A stretch of 63,833 bases of DNA, filler included, from Octopus bimaculoides (GCF_001194135.2; 6 parts of 6 records of this genome joined end to end with filler, not necessarily neighbours in it); one strand, 5' to 3'; positions 37,888 to 50,220 are shown, numbered from the whole stretch's first letter. Numbers and translations are program-made. The notes: a model not told the origin generated them from the letters alone.

Positions 37888-38139
37888 ATGGCTCAAGGGA
37901 TTGTGTCTAAATATGGTTATTATGCGTATACAGATCCAGCACTACAAAATAGTGAAGATTTTAAAAGCAATGAAAATGCAGTCAACATATCTGTCGGGCA
38001 GAGAGTTAGACAAGCAGAAATGTACATGGATAATCAGCAACGCATAAACGGGTACCTTTTAGAAGCGAATTTCCAGCGTAAATATGTAGACAGCACATCT
38101 CTGAACCGCAATATGCTTCTGAGTGGCTATACAAAATAA
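37888..38139 (+). CDS. 83-aa ORF in unique CpG-retaining sequence, unknown product
   Basis: Non-repetitive ORF MAQGIVSKYGYYAYTDPALQ..; no recognised domain; overlapping minus ORFs are of similar length. Confidence 0.25.
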   Translation: MAQGIVSKYGYYAYTDPALQNSEDFKSNENAVNISVGQRVRQAEMYMDNQQRINGYLLEANFQRKYVDSTSLNRNMLLSGYTK

Positions 38140-39966
38140 AATCAACTTGTCGACTACGATGATTTTGTGTGTAGTTTCACTACCGTCCCACTTTGAGCAC
38201 TGCACATCGTTGTGGATCTCATGTGACCTTGCTGAAGATTTAGTCGTGGTATTGCTGGATGTTTTTTGTTGCTTCTGATATGTCCTACCGCTCGTAAAAT
38301 TGTTTGGCCTGTTAGTAGTAACAAGCACGTATCTCTCCATAAACATATCCTTTCAACGAAAAGAACTATCATCAAAGTTATTCTTGCAGCTGTCATATGC
38401 CCAACATAATATCAGATACAACGTACATTTAAAAATATTTTAACACAACATGGTGAAATCTGAAGTAGTTGTAGCTGCTATTTCCAGCAAATCTGTAAAA
38501 TATGATTTCTTGAATTGATTAAGAAGTCATCAATGTCTAGAGCAGATTAAACCGTAAAGCCGATACCTCCCTAGAGTTTTAATTATGTGCGAATGTTATA
38601 AGTCAAATATTACAATTGATGTCTTTGCAATTTCTGTTATCGTATTTCAAATTCAGCCAAGGGGGGTGGTTGTGTACCCTTCTTAACGTATGCGGCAGAT
38701 CAATAAATTAAGTATTCACCTGAGATGCTATTTATTGATCTTCTTCCTTGCTAATATTTACGTTTATCTGTGCAAATGACAGACATTATTTTCATTCCCT
38801 TCTCCTAAAAAGAATTATACTTATTTCTCCTTTGATTAAATTTCCTTTCTCGAAGGAACGGTGCAATAATACATTGACCATATTGTTCATCAGAATTAAA
38901 CATATTTTTGTAGATTAAAATCTCGAGTCTGATAGTTGATAGATGAAATAAATAATAGAATAAATAAATAACTTACCACTCATATTCCAGGAAAAGGAGT
39001 TTTGATGATTAATCAGGAAGCAATCTCATATTGAAATATGTAACAAAACTTATTGTAAAACATTGAGGAAAATCAAAACAACACTTTCCAATTTGCAAGA
39101 GACATTTCGGTACACATATATGTAGGAGAAACAATATTAATTTTTCGTTATATTTAATAATGAAAATGCTTGCAGAATCAAGAGATTGGATAAACAGCGA
39201 AAATATTAAACAATTTGGTGTAAACGAAATGGGTTATGTTATCAAAGTTTCTGTGAATTAGTTGGGAGAAATTTGATATAGGCAACATGTTAGTCAGCAT
39301 AATGTCTTTAGAATTCGACTTATTTTTCTCAGCGTTTAACATATGTACATTGAATGTGATTAAAATAATTGTACCAGAAGATAGAAGATAAATAAGTAGA
39401 CAAGTTTAGAGAGTAAAATTTAAGTTATATATTATATATTCTTACATATAACAACAAATATATTTATATATAAGCATACACACACGCATATATATGTATG
39501 TCTGAATGTATGTAAATATATATATATATANNNNNNNNNNNNNNNNNNNNNNNNNNNNNNNNNNNNNNNNNNNNNNNNNNNNNNNNNNNNNNNNNNNNNN
39601 NNNNNNNNNNNNNNNNNNNNNNNNNNNNNNNNNNNNNNNNNNNNNNNNNNNNNNNNNNNNNNNNNNNNNNNNNNNNNNNNNNNNNNNNNNNNNNNNNNNN
39701 NNNNNNNNNNNNNNNNNNNNNNNNNNNNNNNNNNNNNNNNNNNNNNNNNNNNNNNNNNNNNNNNNNNNNNNNNNNNNNNNNNNNNNNNNNNNNNNNNNNN
39801 NNNNNNNNNNNNNNNNNNNNNNNNNNNNNNNNNNNNNNNNNNNNNNNNNNNNNNNNNNNNNNNNNNNNNNNNNNNNNNNNNNNNNNNNNNNNNNNNNNNN
39901 NNNNNNNNNNNNNNNNNNNNNNNNNNNNNNNNNNNNNNNNNNNNNNNNNNNNATTCATATGCCCAC

Positions 39967-40037
39967 GGGCATATGGCGTAGTGGTTAAGAGCGCGGGCTA
40001 CTAACCCCGAGATTCCGATTTCGATTCCAGGCAGTGA

Positions 40038-40091
<54 letters not shown>

Positions 40092-40179
40092 TGATAATAA
40101 TAATTGAAAAATACCTTGGAAATGAGAACTCAGGTTCGAAATTTTCCAAAGACACCTGATGGAAGCTGGAGGGTATATC
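39967..40179 (+). mobile_element. Family E element: tRNA-like head, (AAT)n, 3'-truncated HHR-bearing module
   Basis: A box TGGCGTAGTGG (39974), B-box-like TTTCGATTCC (about 40019), AAT run, then gaaaaataccttgg..ACAC-CTGATGG-A-AGCTG-gagggtatatc. Confidence 0.75.
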
Positions 40180-42329
40180 TTTGAGTGGCTTCATATCAGG
40201 TTACAGGACATTGGTTGGTAAGAGATATATTGAAACAAAGGAAGGCAAAATGTGTCAATGAGGCAGGAAAGGGAAAAATTGAAAAATCCATTAACAATTA
40301 TCAGAGATAGTAGCTTCGTTTAGAATCATGGCTGGTCTGATTTCAAAGAGGTGGGTAAAACCTTAACGTGTATGCAGGGTGAAAAAGCCACTGATATAGG
40401 GTAAAAAACTATCTGCAATACATGACTGTATATATAAAAAATTATTTTAACCAGTATTGTTGTAGAAAAAATGGCTGAAAATATATCAAAGAAGCAAACG
40501 CTTTTTTAAAAGAAATGTTTTTGATAATAAAAAAAAATGTTTCTTGAGAAGAAAAATTGTTGAACAAGTTTAAGATATCATTGAAAGATCATAAAAAAGC
40601 TACTGAGAATTTAAAGTTACTGTTTGTAGGTAGTGATACGGTTATATTTCTGAGAAAATTACTGCATATCTGGAGGTAACAGGTGTTACATAAGCATCCG
40701 AAATGAAAATAAATACTTTAAGGACTAATTTACGTTTTCATGGAGAAGTGTTATTAGTTAGAAAAGATTGTTCTTAGATCAAACAGAAAATATTGTTGCA
40801 GAGGGAGTTAAGTCAAAAAGAAAAACTTGAAGTAAAACCCTAAGAAAATATGCATAAACGAAACCCAAAATAATCAGGTGAATATAATTATCATAGCCAT
40901 TCGTGAAATGCTAAAATAATGAGGTAAATCACTCTTGATGTATACAGAACCAGTAATGCAATCAAATCAAGTACAAAACACAAGCAAGAAAAACCATGTT
41001 CATGCTTCAAAAGGAATGTGGGCGTTTTGAATATGATCTATTGCAAAATCTCATTATTTAATTACATCTGTTTCTAGAAAAATGAGACTTTATGTAAACT
41101 ATCTATAGCGTTGTCTTTTACGTAGATATTCTCTGATTTTATTTAAAGCACCGTATTCAAGTTGGAAACATGTTTTCATAACTTAAAAAATAATGTAGCT
41201 TTTCAAACTTTCGTTAATAATATATTTAAAAAGAAAACTCCATCCATAATTTTTTCAATATAATTTCTATAGATCGCATCCGTTTCATTCACTGTAATCT
41301 TTGTATATACATTAAATGCATTTAATGTATATACATTAAATGCATTTAGGAACAACCGTTTTGCCTCCGCATATTTGACATGGCTGATTCGACGCTGATA
41401 TATTTGAATTCAGACGTTTAATATTCGCTGATGTTTCTCTCTCTCTCTCTCTCTCTTTTACTCTGTTTATCTCCTTCACTCCCCTCTTTCCCTCGCTCTC
41501 ACTCACTCAAAGCACCTCTGCAGTTGAAAGTCTAATTGACAATCAGCCAATTTGCATAAACTAGGTTTCAGAAGAAATCACCCGATCATCAAACGTGCAT
41601 ATTAAAAGTCAATTTTCCTGAAAAAAGCACAAATATATGCAAGACTTTTCCAAGGTCAGAATGTGACAGGTGTTTATTATCTAGAATCCATCGATGCAAT
41701 TTTCTATCTGTTACATATCAGATCCTTCCTCACAAAAATCCTTTAAATAATTGAAAATAGGGAGCATACATATAAAGAAACGTTACATACAAACGTGTAG
41801 TTAACTTAGTATACATGTTTGTGGGTGTATGTATATCTATAGGTGATTGTTTAAAGAATACGTTGTGCTCTGTCCGTACTTCTATACTAATGTGTTTCTC
41901 CTATAAAAGATTAATGTAAAAATTATCTAAATTTAATGTAGGTGATGTGGAATGGTGTTTTCTTACCGGCAGCCATTTATAGTGTTGCAATTTTAATATA
42001 TTTTGAATTGCTTAATCTCAGATTATGAAAATCAATCAATATATGTGTGTGTGCGTATATATATATATGTAATTATATACGTACATTAAATATAAATGTT
42101 ATGCATATACACGTACACATAAATATGTATATAAATTATACGTATATATGTGTGTGTGCTGTGTGTGTGTGTCTTGTGTGTGTGTGTGTAAATATATATA
42201 TATATATANNNNNNNNNNNNNNNNNNNNNNNNNNNNNNNNNNNNNNNNNNNNTTAATTAATTAANNNNNNNNNNNNNNNNNNNNNNNNNNNNNNNNNNNN
42301 NNNNNNNNTATATGTATGTATGTATACAA

Positions 42330-42580
42330 CAAGCTTCTTTTCAGTTTCTTATTTCTTTACTGCCCACAAGGGGCTACACACACAGGGGACAAACAAGAAC
42401 AGACAAATGGATTAAGTCGATTATATCAACACCAGTACGCAACTGGTACTTAATTTATCGTCCCCGAAACGATGAAAGGCAAAGTCGACCTCGGTGGAAT
42501 TTGAACTCAGAATGTAGTGGCAGACGAAATACCGCTAAGCATTTCGCCCGGCGTGCCAACGTTTCTGCCAGCTCGCCACT
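42330..42580 (-). mobile_element. SINE family A, little CpG decay
   Basis: gatgaaaggcaaagtcgacctcggtggaatttgaactcag..cgcccggcgtgccaacgtttctgccagctcgcc. Confidence 0.9.
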
Positions 42581-43025
42581 TCTTTTCAGTTTCTGTCTAC
42601 TAAATCCACTCACAAGGCTTTGGTCGTCCCGAGGCTATAGTAGAAGACACTTGCCCAACATGCCACGCAGTGGGACTGAACCCAGAACCATGTGATTAGG
42701 AAGCAAGTTTCTTACCCCACAGCCATACAGTGCCTAATACATTTCTTTATTGCTTCTCTTCTCTGCCTTCCTCTTGTTACTGGCTCTCCCTCCTGTCATA
42801 TTCCTTGTCCTATCATTCCCAGTCTATACCAATCACTTTTGTCCTAGACATGGACGCTACACTCTTGCATTGTATAACTTTACACTTTGATAGAGATTAC
42901 TTATGCTTTCATTTCACAGGGATGGTTGTATGGTTTAGAAGTCTGTTTTGCATCTGTGTGCTTTGGGTTCAATCCCACTACACAGCACCTTTTGCCAAGT
43001 GTCTCCTACAATAACCCTGGGCTGA
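42575..43025. mobile_element. Inverted SINE family C pair (42575-42730 minus; 42915-43025 plus)
   Basis: Family head motifs in opposite orientation about 190 bp apart. Confidence 0.7.
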
Positions 43026-43065
43026 CACGACACAGGCACGCACACACACATATATGTATATATAT

Positions 43066-43272
43066 ATCATCATCATCATCATCATCGTTTAACGTCCGCT
43101 TTCCATGCTAGCATGAGTTGGACGATTTGACTGAGGACTGGTGAAACCAGATGGCTACACCAGGCTCCAATCTGATCTGGCAGAGTTTCTACAGCTGGAT
43201 ACCCTTCCTAATGCCAACCACTCCGAGAGTGTAGTGGGTGCTTTTACATGCCACTGGCACGAGGGCCAGTCA
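43066..43272 (-). mobile_element. SINE family B
   Basis: catcatcgtttaacgtccgctttccatgctagc.. Confidence 0.9.
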
Positions 43273-43380
43273 TATATATATAAATATAGGGAGAATTCAC
43301 ATAAAAAAAAACAAAAAACGAAGATAGGTGGTTAGAAAACAAACAGATGTATTAGTTTAATGCTCAGGAATTGAAAAAAT

Positions 43381-43416
43381 CTTTAACGTTTCGAGCCTAC
43401 ACTCTTCCACAGAAAG
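43381..43416 (-). ncRNA. Non-canonical, ultra-short hammerhead-like motif in a dispersed repeat
   Basis: CTTT-CTGTGGA-A-GAGT-gtag-GCTC-GAAA-CG-TT-AAAG; stems I and II pair but core A6 is U. Confidence 0.4.
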
Positions 43417-44221
43417 GAACACAGAAAGAAAGAAGGAGAGAGAAGAAAATGTGTGTTGTGGTTAGCGATCTATCATGGCAAGAGAGAGAGAGATGGGGGA
43501 GAAAGCTCAGTTTTGTCTTTGCAATAGAAAATATAATCCTGTTATTCTTTTGTATGAAATTCAGAGACAGATTTACTGCAGAAGTTGCAGTGAATGGTGT
43601 CAAAGCACTTTTAGCTTTCTTCTTCAGGAGAAATGTTTAATAAACTATTTTAGGTAAACACCTAAGGCTATCTAAGACTCAATCCATGTTTGTTCTTGTC
43701 AGTTTTAGGCTAAACTATATCTTATTTTATAGTTTTGAATTTGAGAAACTAGTTGCCTAAATATCTTCATTTTGTCACTGCCTGAAGACATGAATGTACT
43801 AATGAGCTGCCTTAGGCTTTAACAATACAAAAATATGACCAAATTCAACTGATTTCTCTTTGATTTTAATATTTTTGCTGTCACAAGAAATTTTCACAAC
43901 TTTCTGCCTATTTATCAACCATCAATACATCAAGTACCATCCATATCATTATAGAGTATCTCACTTTTCTGAAAATAAAAGCTTTTCATCAGTTTGTTGG
44001 CCTTAATTCCTCAAGTGTTTACTGAATTGAAATCAATTTTTTTAAAGATGATACTCAAAGTGTTTAACTTTCTACTATGCTAATTTATATTTTATGAATA
44101 TTTGTGTTTTTTTAAAATTTAATTCCTATATTTAAAGCATAAAGCTTTCAGCATTTTAATAATATTGATTATAAAGTATGTTGTTTTTAATTTTTCTTTC
44201 CTTATTTTTTTTTACTTTCAG

Positions 44222-44253
44222 AAATGACAGTTCACCGAATTAGAAGACATTCA
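44222..44253 (+). CDS. Candidate exon (32 nt, phase 1 to 0) (E)MTVHRIRRHS
   Basis: Strong pyrimidine tract ttatttttttttactttcag| and |gtattt donor. Confidence 0.3.
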
Positions 44254-44316
44254 GTATTTAGTCAAAACCTTTATTTTTATATTTATTTTTTCTTATTTTT
44301 TTTTCTTCAGCCCTAG

Positions 44317-44373
44317 GTCCCATATGGCCAGCTCCACAACGTTCCACCGAACAAAACGCTGGTCAACTACAGG
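44317..44373 (+). CDS. Candidate exon (57 nt, phase 0 to 0) VPYGQLHNVPPNKTLVNYR
   Basis: ttttttcttcagccctag| acceptor, |gttcag donor, in frame with 44222-44253 across a 63-nt intron; CpGs retained. Confidence 0.35.
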
Positions 44374-44419
44374 GTTCAGCAATTTTGAGGGGATGGGTAG
44401 AGTTAATTTCGTGTGACCA

Positions 44420-44680
44420 ATGCTAGTGCCAGTGGCACATAAAAGCACCATTCAAGCATGGTCAATACCAGCGTCGCCCGACTGGCTCTCGTGCTGGTGG
44501 CACATAAAAAACACCCACTAGACTCTGAGAGTGGTTGGTGTTAGGATGGGCATCCAGCTGTAGAAGCCTTGCCAGATCAGTTTGGAGCCTGGTACAGCTT
44601 CCTGCCTTGCTGGTCCTCAGTCAAACTGTCCAACCCATACCAGCATGGAAGGCGGACGTTAAACACTGATGATGATGAAT
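44420..44680 (+). mobile_element. SINE family B (plus strand)
   Basis: ..ggcatccagctgtagaagcc..gcatggaaggcggacgttaaacactgatgatgatg. Confidence 0.85.
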
Positions 44681-44754
44681 ATATATATTCTATCAAGCTC
44701 AAAAGAATGAAAGGTGAAATTTCTGCTAAACATTTTGTCCAAAGTGTTAATAAT

Positions 44755-44985
44755 TCTTATTTCTTTATTGCCCACAAAGGGCTACACACAGAGGGGACAA
44801 ACAAAAACAGACAAAGGGATTAAGTCGATTACATCAATCCCAGTGTGTAACTGGTACTTAATTTATCGACCCTGAAAAGATGAAAGGCAAAGTCGACCTC
44901 GGTGGAATTTGAACTCAGAACGTAACAGCAGATGAAATACCGCTAAGCATTTCACCCGGCGTGCTAACGATTCTGCCAGCTCATT
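44755..44985 (-). mobile_element. SINE family A
   Basis: Family core and head. Confidence 0.9.
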
Positions 44986-45148
44986 AATAATTCTGCTAGC
45001 TCTCTACCTTTATCTTCTATGTTCTAAACTCAAATAAAAACGTTGACTTGTTATTCATCTCCTTAGAGTCAAACGGAAATATAAAATGCTAGTTGTGATA
45101 CAGGATACCAAACCCTTCAACTGTTATTGATTTCATACTTTGAAAAGT

Positions 45149-45543
45149 GGCGGCGCAATGGCCCAGTGGTTAGGGCAGCGGACTCGCGGTCATAGGATCG
45201 CGGTTTCGATTCCCAGACCGGGTGTTGTGAGTGTTTATTGAGCGAAAACACCTAAGGCTCCGCGAGGCTCCGGCAGGGGGAGATGTGCCGAACCCTGCTA
45301 TACTCTTTCACCACAACTTTCTCTCACTCTTACTTCCTGTTTCTGTTGTACCTGTAATTCAAAGGGTCAGCCTTGTCACACTCTGTGTCACGCTGAATAT
45401 CCCCGAGAACTACGTTAAGGGTGCACGTGTCTGTGGAGTGCTTAGCCACTTGCACGTTAATTTCACGAGCAGGCTGTTCCGTTGATCGGATCAACTGGAA
45501 CCCTCGACGTCGTAAGCGACGGAGTGCCAACAACAACAACAAC
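45149..45543 (+). mobile_element. Full-length SINE family D (tRNA-derived head, (ACA)n tail)
   Basis: A box TGGCCCAGTGG (45159), B box GGTTTCGATTCC (45202), tail ccaacaacaacaac; CpG-rich. Confidence 0.85.
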
Positions 45544-45938
45544 CTTGACAAGTGAAAATTCCTTGTGTGAACGTATGGAATTTTCTTGATTTATTAAGAA
45601 GCAATGGCAGAGATTTTGGCCAACTTGAATAAGAATTTCTTATTTCCAGGAATGCCAAAATAACTATAAAGGTATCTGGATGCCAAATGACATGTGGAGC
45701 AAGGTTGCTGATTTTCTGAAGATATAAATTTGCAAAAGTTGTGTGATATCCTTACTTATTTGATTTGGATAATAAATGTACAAGATATAGGTCTGGTATA
45801 TGTAACCGAGAGAGTAGGCCACGATATTCAAGTGCCTAACACACAAATCCTGAACAGAATGATTTACAATAAACGAACAGAATGGTGGACAGGAAAGGTG
45901 CTTCGGAAAAAGGACAGAAAAAGCAACACTGAAGATCT

Positions 45939-46400
45939 TTGAGATCAATCCTGATACCTGAGAAATGGAAGCACAAGACTTTCCTACCTGGTGAAGCTGC
46001 ACCAATCAAGGTGCCACGCCCTATGAACAGAACAGGTTTGCAGAGGCACAAAGAAGACATGAAGTACACAAGTAAAAAGCCAAATCCTTGTTTCCAGTGT
46101 CAACAGACCACCAGTGCCTGACCTACAAAAGAGCCTTCCTCAGCATGCATTGAACTGAACGGCCACAGCCAGACACATTGTGCACCATCTTCTTCTCCTA
46201 TGCAATGTCCTTGGTCATTGTTGACCCTAACAGACGTACTTCAACAACTTACAAATATTATGTTCCAAAATGAAGGACCACATTCTACACGTAGGTATCT
46301 GAAACTATCAACAAGAACACATATTTTCAAGGAAAAGAAAATAAAGTATGTAACTTTAGCTGATAAAATTTCTTCAGTTCTTCAAAAGACAAAAATAAAC
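45939..46400 (+). mobile_element. Decayed RLE-type (R2/NeSL-like) non-LTR 3' fragment
   Basis: One frame with one stop: PCFQCQ..AC..GHSQ..LTDVL..EKKIKYVTLA, the order expected for Zn knuckle, RHN, PD and KxxKY. Confidence 0.4.
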
Positions 46401-46625
46401 AAAGAATGTTCTATAGCCACAAGCTCTGCAACAGACATTGGAAAATGTTGCTGATTAGAAAAATAATTTGTTTACAGTAATTACGTAAAATAGTGCAATT
46501 TTTGGAAAACCAAAAAGTACGTTTACCCAGAAGATAAAAACAAATGTGTGGAAAATTTTTAGATTCTAAGAATGTTTGGTTTTGGGGTTTTTTGGGTTTT
46601 TTTAATTATTATTTTAATGTTATAC

Positions 46626-46698
46626 GTTTGGTTCAGAAGCTCAACTTGAGCCATTATCTTCTGAATTACTTCTGTGTGGATCAACTTTCCAGAACCAA
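46626..46698 (-). CDS. Weak candidate exon (73 nt, phase 1 to 2) GSGKLIHTEVIQKIMAQVELLNQ
   Basis: atttacactatcttcag| acceptor, weak |gtataa donor; a plus-strand reading is also possible. Confidence 0.25.
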
Positions 46699-46784
46699 CT
46701 GAAGATAGTGTAAATATTTTTTATTGGAAGTAATATGCCATCAACATACTAAATGTAAGCAGTTGTATTTATTTAGTCATACAC

Positions 46785-46793
46785 AGACACTCA

Positions 46794-46837
<44 letters not shown>

Positions 46838-47296
46838 AACACACACACGTGCACACAGACACAAACACACACATACAAACACACACACACGTGCACATGC
46901 AGACACTCACAAACACACACAGACACAGATATACACACACTGCACACGCAGACACATACAAACACACGTGCACACACAGACACAGACACAAACACACACA
47001 CGCACACACGTACACACACACTTACACAGTCACATACACACACGTACACACACAGACACAAACACACACAGACACACACACACACACACGTGCACACAGA
47101 CACAAACACATACAGACACACACAGACACACACACGCACACGTGCACACACAGACACAAACAGGCACAGAGACACACACACAACCGTTTTCTTTCTGTTT
47201 CTGTCTGCCAAATCCCCTCACAAGATTTTGGTTTTCTTTGAACTCTAGTAGAGGATACTTCACCAAAGGTTTCATGCTGTGGAGGTGAACCTACTG

Positions 47297-47328
<32 letters not shown>

Positions 47329-47385
47329 TGTATGTATGTATGTATGCATGTATGTACGCATGTATGTATGTATGTATGAGAGAGA
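46785..47385. repeat. Composite (CA)-rich and (TATG)n microsatellites with a degenerate SINE C piece
   Basis: Direct sequence. Confidence 0.9.
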
Positions 47386-48349
47386 GAGACTTCATTCACT
47401 CTAAAGTATCTCATCGACAAAGCCTGTGCAAAATTATTCATCATTTCTTACATCATNNNNNNNNNNNNNNNNNNNNNNNNNNNNNNNNNNNNNNNNNNNN
47501 NNNNNNNNNNNNNNNNNNNNNNNNNNNNNNNNNNNNNNNNNNNNNNNNNNNNNNNNNNNNNNNNNNNNNNNNNNNNNNNNNNNNNNNNNNNNNNNNNNNN
47601 NNNNNNNNNNNNNNNNNNNNNNNNNNNNNNNNNNNNNNNNNNNNNNNNNNNNNNNNNNNNNNNNNNNNNNNNNNNNNNNNNNNNNNNNNNNNNNNNNNNN
47701 NNNNNNNNNNNNNNNNNNNNNNNNNNNNNNNNNNNNNNNNNNNNNNNNNNNNNNNNNNNNNNNNNNNNNNNNNNNNNNNNNNNNNNNNNNNNNNNNNNNN
47801 NNNNNNNNNNNNNNNNNNNNNNNNNNNNNNNNNNNNNNNNNNNNNNNNNNNNNNNNNNNNNNNNNNNNNNNNNNNNNNNNNNNNNNNNNNNNNNNNNNNN
47901 NNNNNNNNNNNNNNNNNNNNNNNNNNNNNNNNNNNNNNNNNNNNNNNNNNNNNNNNNNNNNNNNNNNNNNNNNNNNNNNNNNNNNNNNNNNNNNNNNNNN
48001 NNNNNNNNNNNNNNNNNNNNNNNNNNNNNNNNNNNNNNNNNNNNNNNNNNNNNNNNNNNNNNNNNNNNNNNNNNNNNNNNNNNNNNNNNNNNNNNNNNNN
48101 NNNNNNNNNNNNNNNNNNNNNNNNNNNNNNNNNNNNNNNNNNNNNNNNNNNNNNNNNNNNNNNNNNNNNNNNNNNNNNNNNNNNNNNNNNNNNNNNNNNN
48201 NNNNNNNNNNNNNNNNNNNNNNNNNNNNNNNNNNNNNNNNNNNNNNNNNNNNNNNNNNNNNNNNNNNNNNNNNNNNNNNNNNNNNNNNNNNNNNNNNNNN
48301 NNNNNNNNNNNNNNNNNNNNNNNNNNNNNTATGTATGTATATTTATCAA

Positions 48350-48700
48350 CATCATCATCATCATCGTCGTCGTTGTTTAACATCCGCTTTCCATGCTGAC
48401 ATGGGTTGGACGGTTTGACTGAGGACTGGCGAGCTAGATGGCTGCACCAGGCTCCATTCTAATCTGGCAAAGTTTCTACAGCTGGATGCCCTTCCTAATG
48501 CCAACCACTCCGAGAGTGTAGTGGGTGCATTTACATCCACCGGCACAAGGGCCAGTAAGGCGGTTCTGGCAACAACCACGCTCAAAATATGTTTTGTTTT
48601 ATGTGTTACCTGCTTGGGAGCCAGTCCGGCAGTACTGGCAATGACCACACTCGAATGCTGTCTTTCACATGCCACCAGCACAATCACGCTCGAACAGATG
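48350..48700 (-). mobile_element. SINE family B
   Basis: Family sequence with CAT tail. Confidence 0.88.
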
Positions 48701-48949
48701 ATATATATACACCTCTCTGTCTTAAGGTCCTTACATCAGCATCATTCAGCTAGAATTGATTGTGTTTGTGTTTCTTATGATCAACGTCCAGCAGCACAAC
48801 ATTTCATGTGAAGTCATGGTATAATGCTCCACATTCAAAAAAAGTAACAATTCATTTTGAGAAGGGGATCTGGCCCTAAAATACTGCTTCCTCAAATCTC
48901 ATCTAACCTACACCAACATGGAAAAAGAAGTGGGTATAAAAACGATGAG

Positions 48950-49330
48950 TACAGTGTCAACATTAAGTACTCTTTTATCCTTTTACTTGTTTCAGTCATT
49001 TTCACTGTGGCAATGCTGGAGCACCACCTCTTTAGTTGAGCAAATCGACCTCAGAACTTATTTTTTGTAAGTCTAGTACTTATTCAATCGGCCCCTTTTG
49101 CTGAACTGCTAACTTACTGGCCCATAAACCCACCAACATCGATTGTCAAGTGATGGTGGGGTGACAAACACAGGCACACAAATATGTACATATATATGAC
49201 GGGCTTCTTTCAGTTTCCCTCTATCAAATCCACTCACAAGGCTTTGGTCAGCCAAAAGCTATAATAGAAGACATTTACCTAAGGTGCCACACAGTGGGAC
49301 TGAACCTGAAACCATGTGGCTGGGAAGCAA
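48950..49330 (-). mobile_element. Near full-length SINE family C
   Basis: Head (aaccatgtggctgggaagcaagcttcttacca) through 3' module (gcaatgctggagcacc). Confidence 0.85.
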
Positions 49331-49679
49331 GCTTCTTACCATACAGCCTTCTACTTTTGACACAATCCACATTTTTATTTTATTTTTATCTGAATCAGGA
49401 TTGTATCATGTTACCATCTCTTAATTAGCATAGAACTCTATAAACGAGTATTCAAAGTTATCTTTCTAATTCCATTGAGTTTCTTTATAGCATCAGAGGA
49501 ATTTTAGATATAATGATGAGATTAATGCATTTTACAGCTTGGAATTAAACAGCAAATATCTCCTTGTAATGCAGAAGTTGAATATCAGCCAGTAAATCAT
49601 TGGGGTTCAAAAAGTGATAATTTCACATTTCCCAGTTGAGGGGATTTTGTATTGCAAAGCACTTGCTGACTTTGGCAGT

Positions 49680-50220
49680 GCTTAGGGTCACATGAAAAGC
49701 ACTGGTGCTGCTGCCATATAAAAAGCAATGTTGCTGGTGCCACATAGAATGCACTGGCGCTGGTGCCATGTAAAAAGCTGTGGTGCTGGTGCCACATAAA
49801 AAGCACTGATGCTGGTACCACATGGCAAGCACTGGTGTTGGTGCAGCATAAAATGCATTGGTACTGGTGTCGCGTAGAATGCACTGGTGCAAGTGCCCTG
49901 TAAAAAGAACTGGTGTTGGTGCCACATGACAAGCACTGGTGCTGATGCGGCATGAAAAGCATTGGTGCTTGTGCCACATAAGAAGCAGTGGCAGTGGTGC
50001 TACATAAAAACACTGGTGCTGGTGCCATGGGAATGGCGCCCCTTGCACTCTGTAAAGTGGCTGGCACTAGGAAGGGCATCCAGCTGTAGAAACCTTGCCA
50101 AGACAGTCATTAGAACCAGGTGCAGCTCTGGCATTGGCAGGTCTTGTCAAACTGTTCAACTCATGCCAGTATTGGAAAACGGATGTTACATGGAGATGAT
50201 GATAATGATAATGATGACTG
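49680..50220 (+). mobile_element. SINE family B carrying an expanded 24-26 bp internal tandem repeat (AAAAGCACTGGTGCTGGTGCCACAT, about 14 units)
   Basis: The repeat block runs directly into aggaagggcatccagctgtagaaac and a GAT tail. Confidence 0.85.

Noticed and set aside
45149-45222. tRNA genes (also 39967, 29045, 57445)
   Set aside because: A/B boxes are present but acceptor and anticodon stems do not pair properly, and each continues into a SINE body.
49597-50079. 160-, 141- and 82-aa repetitive ORFs
   Set aside because: Frames through the 24-26 bp tandem repeat within a SINE.
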